Origin: Epiperipatus broadwayi
Taxonomy: Eukaryota; Animalia; Onychophora
Direction of reading: 5' to 3'
Assembly: GCA_028023455.1 (NCBI GenBank)
Contig: JAQFVV010000001.1
Coordinates: 10,540,001 to 10,604,000 of the forward strand
Length of the DNA stretch: 64,000 nt
Shown in pieces: positions 52,513-64,000 of this stretch. Every line of letters begins with the position of its first letter. The stretch's first letter is position 1. The translations under genes were made by a program, and so were the position numbers. The notes below the pieces were generated by a model. That model worked only from the letters and a program-made list of their open reading frames with translations. It made no database searches and was not told the origin of the DNA.

Positions 52513-53879
52513 TGCATTTGGAATATTTAACTAAAAATTAAACTTTTCTAAAGACATTCAACACACATATTAGATGATGGAAATAGTCCAATATAAAAAT
52601 ACAGCTAGAACACCATCATCACAAACCTTCAGAAAAACCATGATAAATGTTTATTCTGCATATGATATTCTTCTTTAACTATTAGTTTTGGGGATCCAAT
52701 TGCCTTTGCTAAACAGAGTAAAAGTGTAGTTTGTTGTTAATGTTGGTTTACTGCATACAATTTTATGTATAATTAAAAAAATAAATCAAAATGTTCAAAG
52801 GTGAAAGTGACTAAATAAAAAAGGAAATTTCTAACACAATTTCTGATCAAAGAAAATGAGTAAAACAAAAATATCTCAAGTTACTAGAATGAAATTACTT
52901 AACATTACTTATTTAATATGCAAAGAATGTTTAATTCTCAAGCAACTAATCATAAAATAAATTTAAAAAATTTCTTTATTTATTTAAAAAAAAAATTAAA
53001 TTAAAAAATGCTTTACTTAATGAGTAAATCCAAGTAGCAAGCCAAGCTTTTTACTTTGGCATGCCTGATTTAAGTGAAAAACTGATCTTACATATATATA
53101 TATCAGTAATCTCGCATGAATGCAAAAATTAAATTAATTTATAAAGTAATAAATTGTACTTAAAACTAATTTTAAAAATTATTTTTAATAAGTTTTTGAT
53201 TTTTTTATTTTAAAAAATTATAAATTTAGAAATTCTCAAATTAATAAATTAACAAAAATAGAATGCCAAATCATGTTCCCTTTTTTTAAAAACTATTTTA
53301 AATTAAGACATTCACTTTTTCTGACTTTTTTAATATGTTGCAATTAAAATATTTTTGATAATACTTGCTACAGAATTAAAAATCAATAATTCTCAAAATT
53401 TAAACATCATTGCTAATGAAGCAAAATGAGAATTAGAACTAGTGGATCTTTAAAATATAATAAAATAAATCCAAAAATAATGTAAAAAAATGCTTTTCTA
53501 TTTTTAATTTTATTATATTAATCATCTAAGAGAAAAAGAGTCATTTTCTAACAGTTTATATGTATATTTGTATTACCTATTAAAAACCTTATCCCTCTTA
53601 CCATATTCATAATATTTGGTTCTATGCCTTGTCATGGAAGAAACCATATAAAATATGTATTTTAATATACCCATATAAATGACTTAAAATATGTTATATA
53701 TATTGTTTTTATGTGAGTATATATATAATTATTATTAATATCTTAACAGCAGCTAAAAATTGAAAAATTGTTGGGAAGCTGAATATCTAAAGGATAAAGA
53801 TATTTTATATGATTAAAAAAATACTGTAATAATGTTGATATTCAATCAATATATTAAAGAAGACATTAAAAATTAAAGT

Positions 53880-54870
53880 TCTATAAGTCTTCTATGAGTA
53901 TTATACAAAATGTTACAAAGATTATTGCAAACTTTGAACTCAAACAAATTGAAAAACAAACTTCAATATCTAGTACCAATGGATATGAGTTGTCATTATA
54001 CTGTAGACTAGTAGATTATGAAAAGACATTTGATTTTATAAGCAATTTCATTGTAATTAAAACATTGGATTATCAAATTGTAGGCCAAATATTCTGAAAG
54101 ATATTTATATCAAAATGCAATATGAATGATTAGATTACATGATAACCCTAAAAATTTTAACAATGATTAAGAGTATATGACAATGTGATTCCATACTTCC
54201 AAATCTTTTTATAGCAGTTTTGCAAGAATAGTTTGTGGATTATAATAGAAAGCCATTTAGATTTTGAATATGATGTCACTAATTTGCAAATAATACTTGA
54301 GTTTCAGAAAATGATGCAAGATATATCAGATGGAAGAAAAAATAAGATTAATAATAAATGCTAAAAAAACTAAAATATTATTTAATGGATTGGTTCAAAT
54401 TTCTAATAATAATAGAAACACACTAAATGAACTTAAACATAGAATTAAACTTAGATAGATTGCTTTTAGTAGATATAATTTGATAATAAAAGGAAGTATG
54501 CCTATGTGTTTGAAAAGGAAGATTTTTAATAGATGTATTTCATTTGTTCTTACATATGGATATAAGATTATGACACTTTTTTAAAAAAAGCACCAGACCA
54601 CTTAACAATTCTGTGAAAAGATGTGTTGGGAGTACACCAACAAGAAATAAAAATGAATTTTGTGGATATATTATAAAAGAAATGGTAAAAAGATAAAAAA
54701 ACTGAGTATTAAATTGAACCCAAGAGATTATAAATGAAATTAATGGATGATAAAAAATTATTAGAATGAAATGAAAAGAGAAGTTATGAAACAGAGAAAC
54801 TGGATTAAACTTGGAGAGACCTTCATCTGCAGTGAATCAAATGATATATGGTGATGATGAAGAAACATTT
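53880..54870 (+). mobile_element. Decayed RTE-clade LINE, RT to 3' end
   Basis: LVDYEKTFDFI (ORF 53894-54097), RIKLR*IAFS, FVLTYG motifs in order. Confidence 0.8.
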
Positions 54871-55149
54871 AAAAATAAAATTACAAAAATAACAAATTCA
54901 GTAAGTTCCTGTAAATTTAATTGTCATGAGTTGCCTGATTTATTTTATCTATCTTAATCCAATACCTCTATCTAATCCATGATGGTCAATTGTTTGTGGG
55001 AAAGGCTGTGTCCATAGGAGTTTGCATGCTATAATTGTTTTCAACCATAGTAGATTTATCTTGCATCTCATTTCTGATTTTTTATTTTCATGTCCTTTTT
55101 TGAAACATCCTGGATTCCTTTTGGTTTCAAGGTAGTAAGTGTTGAGAGA

Positions 55150-56450
55150 GTGGTATTATTGGTGAGAAGCATGGTCTTACTGCTTCCATAATTTGCATGC
55201 TGTCTTGTTAATTATTATATAGACTTTTGGCCTTGCTGGTTTGATGATCTTGTGTGGATGATAGGGTTGATATCTTTGCACCAACATTATTATTACCATT
55301 AAGCTTGTAACCATTGGTTTGTTTGTTGATCTCTAGTCCAGGGTTTAATTGGATTTGTATCTTTGTGGTGACATTGCTGGTGCTGATCCACATCAAAATA
55401 TTACTGTGGCTTATCTCTGGTTGAGTAGCTAATTGCATTTGATTGTTTTGATACTTTTGTTTGCTAGGTTGGCTGTGAGATCAGTAAGGTAGTCTCTTCA
55501 TTAAAGTGTGATGTGTTAGTTGACTGTGAATTGTTACATATAGTGTCACTACTTTCAAATTGATCTTTGTACATTGACCCCAACTGGATCTGGAGTTGCC
55601 ATATAATAGTGGGTGCACTGTGTGGCCAGGAGGCTTCACTGATGACAGAGATAATGTAACAGTTTTAGCCCCAATGTATAAAATAGAATAGCCTCTTGAA
55701 TAATGATCTGGGTTGGTATAATGTCAGGATCAGAGTCTTAGTGTAATTGAAATTTGAACTCAAAGCTATTGGATACTAAGGGTAGTGGTGTATCCCTGAA
55801 GATAGATCTTTTGAAAGAGAGTAACTTTCCCAAATGGCTGCATATTTTTTTGGAAATCGTTAGAGGAGTACCCAAAATAAGCATTTTTGTGGAATCCAGT
55901 GGTGCAACTTTGTCGATTCTCATTAATGACTATGAAGGCAAAGTTCCTCAATGTTTTAACAAGGGTATGAAATCAGTCCTTTTTGATTACTATCATAGAA
56001 TTCTACTACCAAGTACCATGAATTTGGTTGTTCTAGAAAGTTTTTATAGAATCCCACAGGTCATGCTGTTGAATGGCCTCAAATAGTAATTGGCATGAAA
56101 AGTGATATGTAGTAATATTACTGTCTGTTCTTGATATTAAATAGAACAAGAAGAAAAAATCTTTGAAATGATTGAAACAATCCATGTGGAACTGTATTAT
56201 TAAATCTGTCATTTATTGCATCTAGCATTTCTTCTATCAAGGTAATAGGTGGGGGGGGGTGATTTTTCTGAGCAGTGAGATCAATATCCTTAATATCATT
56301 AGCATTAGTTTTCCTGAAATGTGGTAGGGGTTTAAAATAAGTTGATCTTGGATTATTTTTACTCCTTTGAAGTAATTGTTGACTTTTAACTATTTCTGCA
56401 AATGATTGATTAGATTTTTATTTGCCAATTAGTAGATCATATGATTGTCT
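55150..56450 (-). mobile_element. Decayed Penelope-like element (RT/thumb region)
   Basis: Overlapping ORFs 55738-55923 (ISKKICSH) and 55766-55951 (YLQGYTTTL) together reproduce the PLE thumb motif RRICS...F..RGYP..L across frameshifts. Confidence 0.55.
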
Positions 56451-57299
56451 AGACTCTATATTTATTTAGATTTTCGTGTTGTAAAAGTTATTATAAACAT
56501 TAAAAAAATGAAATTAAAAAATTGAATTTTATCAACAAAAATTTGTTAGCTGATTAATTTCTATTTGTTTTTTTATTTTATTTTTTGTTTTTACTAGTGT
56601 TTTTGAGAGTTTGAACTTGGAGGATCTTAAATTGGTTATTTCTGCTTGAATATCAATTGTGGTGCTAGTCTAAATATTTTAACTCATTAATTTATTTAAT
56701 TTTTTATATTAAATATTATTTTATTAGATTTATATTATGCAAAGTAAATTTCTATTTCCCACATATGTATCAATTTCCTAATTGTAGAGAATCTGTAGTT
56801 TTATTCTTTTTCACGTGTAATCTCTTAAATATGGAGGTCATTTCCGAGTTCTGGTCAATAAATTCTCTGAATTCAAGTTTTATTACACATTCTTCCAGTC
56901 AAGTTTTCTTCAACTGCCATTTTATTATACATTTTTCCAGTCAGGTTCTCTTCATGCTACCTCTTTCACTGTTTTTATCTCCTACGGTATAACTCTTATT
57001 AGCTTCATAAATCAATTTTTAATCTTCAGCATGCAGTAGAAATAAATGCACTTTCCTCTTTATCATTCTGTCTAGCAAAAAGTTCAGCACAAGATTTTAT
57101 GTAGTTGGTGTAGATGTGAAGTATGAATATAAATAGAGCTGTGTAAAATGATTCTTAGATGTCTGATGTTTTGGCTCTAATGAACATTTTACATTTTGTG
57201 AATGCCCTTCTCAGCCAGATCATTTGATTGTGCATGATAAAAGGGTGTGTGTATATATTACACTATCCATTCATTTACAAAATCTTTAAATTTTTATGC

Positions 57300-59050
57300 A
57301 ACAAACTGATGCCATTATCTGTTACTAGAATTTCCAAGAGTTCTTTATGTACAAATATTTTTAAGCTTGATAATAGTTCCCTCTGCACTTGATAAAATAT
57401 CTTGTTAATTTGCCCAGTTTCAAAATTTCATCAGTACTTTAAAAATGTTTTTTGAATGCTTTGGTTTATATGCTTTGAGATGTAATATATATTTGGAAGG
57501 TTAGCTGTTGGCTGACATGTAGTATTATACATAGCACTGGACAAGAACCTTGGCTGAAATTATTTTCCAGTGATCTTTAAATATTAATTTGAAAATTATA
57601 ATTGTGTTTCTGAAAAATGTGCAGCTTTGTTCTCATGTATTCCAGAACACTGTATGAAAAATCTATAGTCATTCATTTATAAGTTTTTACATATTGAGTC
57701 CGTTAATTAATCTATGATCTGAGACAATTTTGTTCCACTCTATATTGTCTCATTGGTCAAAGGTTTTGATTTTAAAACACCTATGTCATATATTCTTGTT
57801 AAGTTTTTGATAATATTAGATTTAACTTCTTTATATATTCTTAAAAAAAATCATATGGTAAATAAATAACACAGTAGTTACCCAAGATTCATTGTGATTT
57901 TAAAGAATCTAGTAATACTATGATTTTTATTATGACATAAATGCAAGAAAATGAACAAGACAATTAACTCAATTAATAAAAAAGGTTGGGCTATATTTGA
58001 AAAATCTGATTAGCCACAGAATTTTATTCATATTATACAGTTACTACATAGTGATATAAAAGAAAATGTTATAGAGGTTATTAAAAATCAGAGATACTTG
58101 ACTAATGTTAAATGGATGTACATTATCCCCAACTTTAGTCTTTGAAAAAATTTATAAGTGGCTTCATGAAGTAGATATAAAAATATGTTATAGATTTGGT
58201 AGTAATGTTTTTAATTTGAACTAATAAATAGTAAAATCAAGAATTTTCTCCTCTAGACTTCCAGATTTATAGTATGTTGAAGATTCTATTAGTCTTGTCA
58301 TTTCAAAAGTGATCTACAAAATTGTTTTGGTGTTTAGAATAAAATCATTAAAAAGTTTGATCAAAGATGGTAAGAAAAATCTTCGCTACTGCCTTAGTGT
58401 TATTAGTTTGAGAATATGGATCAGTTCAAATATCTTAATAGCTTTTGATTTAGAAAGGAAAATTTGATTACTGAAGTACAGCACAGATTCCATTGTGCTA
58501 TTGTTAAATTTATTGAGTTTGAAGATAAGCCATTTCATCACAGTAATATAATTAATTGTATTAACTAAATTAATTATAGAAAAGACTAGTAATCTGTCAA
58601 ATTTTTAGTACAAAGGTAAAACAACTTCTATCAATGTAACATAAAAGTAGAGAAAAACATTTCATTTTATGGATCTTCCATTACATTCTAAAAACATCAT
58701 AAAATTAAGACCAATCAATATCTTCTTGAGTTTGATGGGTGTGATGATGTTGAAACTATTATTGTAAGAGTATATTTAGAATAGGATTTGAAGAGAATGA
58801 ATAATAACATATTTTATAATTTATAGTTAAACTTAAGTATGGTTTCCAGGGAAGAGAAAAACCTTACTAAATTACAAAGATTATTTTAGATATATTTAAA
58901 ATATTCCAATATTGACTGCTTTCATTCACGAGATTTGGCTGATGATAAAGTATAACATAGAGCTATTATTCAGCAGGGTCATAATATGCTTTAAAAAAAA
59001 TGTTTACCATAGACATTAGAAGATTGAATTGTGAAATATAAATAAACAAT
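57300..59050 (-). mobile_element. Decayed LINE RT region
   Basis: Minus-strand SVLEY (about 57640) and SKAI (about 58440) resemble S.LEY and SKAFD motifs; weak. Confidence 0.4.
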
Positions 59051-62000
59051 TAGAAGTGTGAAATGTAATACAGTTAAATTTCATAGAGTAGTTTACATAT
59101 CCATTACAAAACTCATCTTTAACTTTTATTATTTATTTTTGTTTTTTTAATTCTGGAGTTAAAATGGATAAAATCATTTTTTACATATAGCTACTAATGA
59201 ACATTTATATATTTAACCTTTTATTTTTTATTTATTTTTGTCTTCTCTCCCATTCTGGAATTACAATAAACAGAGTCATGTACATACAGCTGCTAATGAA
59301 GATATATACTACAATACTTTTTAAATATAATTATATTTGTCTCTAATAATCTCATTGTTTGTTTGTTTTTTCCAAATATAAATTTATTTAGTAAATTAAT
59401 TGCATGTTGAAAAATTTGGTGTTAAATAAAGGGCATTATATTGGTGTGATGGAAGGTTGTTCATCTTACATATCAATCCTGAGTGAACCTTGTTGCTTGT
59501 TATGTACATCTTGGTTTAGAGTGATTTTTTGATGAGATTGAGCTTGGGGGTTGTTTTTTGTGTGGTTGTGGGGGTGTGGGGGGGTGGTTGGTTTTTTTGT
59601 ATGTTAGTTTTGATGGTGGTTGTTTTTCTTTTTTTTTGATTTTTTTTTTTTGTTGATGAAAATATTTATTTTTTTTATTGGAAAAAAAAAAAAAGGAGGT
59701 GATTTTTTTTTCATTAATTTTATATTTACAATTTCAAAAAAAAAAATTTAAGGTTAAAATTTTTCTATTACTATTTTCAGTGATAAAAATTATTTCTTAA
59801 AATATTTCTATTTAATTTCATACAATAATAATAATAATATCACACAATAATAAATTAAGACACAAAGACTATTTATTTTATAGAGATAATAGATAATAAA
59901 ATATAGAAGAAATTAATTGAGAAATTTTCAAATTAAATTGTCATTAATCATATCAGTATGATTTCACACATACAAAATAAGTAATTGAATGGTTAATCAC
60001 TCATTATACAATGATGAAATTCTGAAACTCAGAACTGATACTGAGCTTCAATCTAAAAACATTTGATTCTTGAATCTATCATTTTTCTAAAATGATAAAC
60101 CTCCTAGGGGAAAATTAGATAAAGGATCACAAAAATTTTAAATTCTTTCCTAAAACAGCATTTCTTGATTTTCTATAGCATTGATAGTAAAATTATTCTT
60201 ACACTTTTAGAAATGCTACTAATACAGATTTAAAAGTAAGATAAATGAACTATTATATTCATGATATATAAATTTGATATATATTTTCTAAAGAATTTGA
60301 GATTAAATTTTACAAAAAAAAAGTAATGAGAATATCTATCAATCTCATATTTACATAATGTACATATCCACATAAATATATGTAACTATAGATAACTTAG
60401 AATATACAATATTGTTGTACTTAAAATTCAAATTTGCAAATACTTTGAGTTTTTTTTTTTTTTTTAAATTTAACCAGTATCAAGAAATCAAATGTACATA
60501 TAAGCAGAGAGATAAACAATGAAAAAATGTGTGTTTTTTCAATCCAACAAATCTAATAAAGTACTATAGTTAATATACTAAATTCTAAAATAATGAAGTT
60601 TTTCTTTAATAAAGTTGAAAAAAAGTATAAATATTACAACTTTTAATTTTAAAAAAAAATGATTTAAACTAAAAATTGTAATTACAATATTTTTATAAAC
60701 ATACCTTAGTAAAAACTTTAATATCTTCAAATTACATATTTTATTGATAAGAATCGTTTTTTTTTTTTTTAAATGATGTGACCTTGTACAGCAAAACTTC
60801 TTCCTGCAAATAATTCACCTAGACATAAACAAACTAGAATCATTTTTCAGAGAGTACATTATTATGCAGTAAAGTTCAATCAAGGTTTAACTTGAAAACT
60901 TACAAGTGTAAGATTGGAAAATAGTGATAATTTCATTCTAGGTGTGTTGCTTTTATATATAAATATGTCTGTTTTGAATATAAAATACAATATTTTTATA
61001 TTTTATTATAATAGTCTTTGAATTAACATAGACTTCATTTTTAGAATAAATAATACAACATTATCAAGCACTTGGGGTAATAATGGATTATAATGAGCAG
61101 TATACAAAAACTTTCTGCAAATAGACTATAGTTTTAAAATAGAAAACTGTGTTTTGTTTGTTATTAATTTAATTTATAGTTGTTTTTATATGTATATATT
61201 CAAATGTTATATTATCTGTAATGTTGAAATAGCTGATACGGGTTTTTTTTTAAATTCTATCAAAAATGGCATAAACATTAAATTATTAGCAAAGAAGATT
61301 ATTAGACAGTTATCAATTACTAGTTTTAAAATAGATGAATTTATTACATGTATTAATATGTATATGTAAAATATAATTTTGAATCCAATCCTAATAGCAA
61401 CAGATGAAATAAAAAATTGTTAAAATAAATTTTCAAAATTATTTTTAAAAAATCAAACCATTTATAATATAAAATTAAAAATTTTGCTTTAAAGAGAAAA
61501 TAAATGAATATATATATTAGATAATGTAAAGAAACAAACAAATTATAATAATGACAATTCAATAATTCAACTTCCTTTGTAGATTACACAAAACTATTAT
61601 TATTATAAGATAATAGCATATAACATTAAGTATTATTATTATATTTATTATTAATGATATTACAAAAAATCATTTGTTCAACTGCATACAGAATAATTGA
61701 TTTTTGGAAAGAAAAAAAACTTTTAAGTATACTTATCTACATAAAGTTTTACTTTTTTTAAAAAATAAAATAAAAATAAAATATATTTTGGAGATTTCCA
61801 TTCACAGAAATGCAGACAATATTATAAAAATATATCTTAAGAAATTTCATTATTAATAGAAGGAAAAAATAACAGAAAATGAATTAACTACTGATGAAAA
61901 TGTTAACCAAAAATATAAATAAAAATGTATAATGATACAATTATAAATCTAGATTATAAGTTAGCAATCTGTGATTTGAGAGTTGCATGCAACTGTTGAT

Positions 62001-62559
62001 CTCAAGTTTGTGTCATTTTGACACCAAGCTTGATGCTGTTTTTATCATGATAAATATAAATGAGTTTTTTATTTTTATTTGTAATCTGTAAATAAAATAT
62101 TTTGTTTGTCAGTTGTTTGTCAGATCCTGTTTGACAGTCAACTTATAATGATTAATTGTTCACTGTTCTGAGTTTAAATGTAAGCAAGAGGTTTTTAATT
62201 TATATTGACAATAACAGCTCTCAGATATTTTCATAAATTCATAATAAAAACTTTTTGTATTTTAATTTCAGTATTATTATTTTATTTCAATTTATTTTTT
62301 GTTTTATAAAAAAAGTTGATCAATATGCATTTTAATAAAAGCAAATTAAGAAACCAACTTATTGTGAGTTGGGTTAATGGAGAAAAATTTAAATTACTTC
62401 CCAAAATTAGAATTTCAAAAATCTCATCAATGTCAAAAGTAATTTTTTCTTTTTTAGTTTTCTTTATTTTTAAGAGAATTTCATTTTTTGTTATATAATG
62501 GGGGGGGGGGAGCTCAAAAGAAACTGGAATCATTCTCTAGTTGGTGGTCCATTATAATA

Positions 62560-64000
62560 AATGCTTCCACCACTAGATGTCTATTGTGGGGATGGAATTA
62601 AACAAAGCAGTTAAATATGAAGAACTTGAGGTATTAACAGTAGTGGAAACACATTTAAGAGAAGAACTTATACTGGAAGACTTGGTATGGCAGGGTATAA
62701 ATAGAAAAAAAACCAGAAGAAAGGGGTGGTAGTGTAGGAGTTATGTCAAAAAAAATATTTAAATACTGTTAAATGTCAAGAACATTTGTGATTTGAGATA
62801 AGGTTAGGAAGAAATAGATGATGGTTATAGTATATATAACTACTGGAGATAGTCAAACTATAATGGAATGGAACAGTAGCATATATGAATGCCTAGTTAA
62901 AAATATACAGAGTTTCAAAAAAAGGGGGGAAGACAATAATGGTTATGGGGCATATGAATGGACATATTGAAGAAATTGATGATGTAGATAACAAGAATGG
63001 ACAGCTTTTGAAGAATTTTTGTCAGAGAGTGAATTTGAGCATTAGAAATTTATCAAAAATTTATGAGTGATGACAATACACATGATCTAGAAATAATACA
63101 TTTCAAACAATAGATTATGTATTAGTAGGGAAAGAGGGAGTGAATAATGTACAGAAAATTAAAGTGTTTGATAATGAAAGAAAGTATGTAATAGTGATCA
63201 TAATTTCTTTATAATAGAAATGGTTAGTAATGTGATGCGATGTGGATGGAGAATTAATGCTAAGGATGATTTAGAAGACTATAAAATAAAAGTTGAAGAA
63301 ACAATGGAAGAGTTTGTTGGGAATGAATATAAGTACTGGTGTAGTGAAGTAGAAAAAGTGGAAATAGGGTTTTAGGTGAAAATATTCAGAAGAAATAAAA
63401 GTAATAGAAAGGTGAGTTAGTAAAAGATAAAAGAGAGGAAAAAGCATGCAGAGAAGGAAAGTGAAAAAGATGTTAATATTAAATGGGAAATGTATTTAGA
63501 AAAAAGAAGTTGGTCAAAATAGATACTTATAGAGAGAGAATGAAATTAAATAGTAAATTGTTGGAGGATATAAATAAAAGTGAAAGAAATGGGAATAAAA
63601 AATTTTGGAAATACATTAAAAGAAGAAATATAGGGAAGAGAGAAATAGTATTACTAGATGATGAGGGAATTGAGAATAGTTCTAGAGAAGAATTAGAAAC
63701 AAACTTAAAACAGTATGTAATGGATATAGAAAAGATACTAGTTGTGAGGGACAGAGTGATACAAACATAAAAGCATACAGTAATGGAAATATTAGGTTTG
63801 CAAAAAATGAATTCAATGAGGCAGGGAAGAAATTGAAAAATGGAAAGGCAAGAGGTTAGATACATAGGCAACAGAGATGGTAATGAATTTAGGGCATATG
63901 GGAAAATTAAACATATTACCATGTTTCAATAAGATGACACAGCAGAGAGATCTTTTGTATAGTTGGAATAATACAAGAGTAAAGCTACTATTTAAAGGAA
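62560..64000 (+). mobile_element. LINE ORF2 5' part (endonuclease to RT entry), runs off the window
   Basis: VLTVVETHL, KGGSVGV, MGHMNGH, KNGQLLKNFC, TIDYVLV, SDHN, KKFWKYIKR (ORF 63483-63770), KLKNGKARG in canonical order. Confidence 0.8.

Larger units (their letters stand above)
52212..52590 (+). mobile_element. tRNA-headed SINE-like element containing a hammerhead-like core
   Basis: A box TGGCTCAGTTGG 52219-52230, B box GGTTCGAATCC 52277-52287, no intact acceptor or anticodon stem; homologous copies at 483-810 (-) and 860-978 (+). Confidence 0.8.

Noticed and set aside
59540-59720. G/T-rich run resembling a G-quadruplex
   Set aside because: Irregular low-complexity homopolymer tract, possibly low-quality consensus.
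60785-60820. Minus-strand 36-nt exon candidate VNYLQEEVLLYK
   Set aside because: Weak donor (GTCACA) and no partner exons.
1265-63922. ORF-track entries as stand-alone genes
   Set aside because: All are 60-131 aa, mostly F/I/L/K/N-rich chance frames or sense/antisense frames of TE remnants.

Overview
Very AT-rich eukaryotic DNA that looks CpG-depleted by eye, most consistent with an invertebrate animal; nothing prokaryotic (no operons, rRNA, CRISPR). Most of the window is layered, decayed transposable elements: RTE, L1/Tx1-like and other LINEs, Penelope-like elements (PLEs), an internally deleted Gypsy element, a probable solo LTR, two Tigger/pogo-like DNA elements and two tRNA-derived SINE families. 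Most ORF-track entries are TE remnants or chance ORFs. A CpG-retaining region at about 6.1-8.3 kb looks like a bidirectional promoter, and a phase-consistent four-exon plus-strand model (85 aa, no recognisable homolog) can be built from it with low-moderate confidence. Most interesting: (i) a tRNA-headed SINE-like element carrying a minimal hammerhead-ribozyme-like core, plus two copies of a second hammerhead-like motif; (ii) repeated fold-back palindromes of unrelated sequence, two of them flanked by exact 15-bp direct repeats. TE boundaries are approximate and family calls rest on motifs translated by eye.
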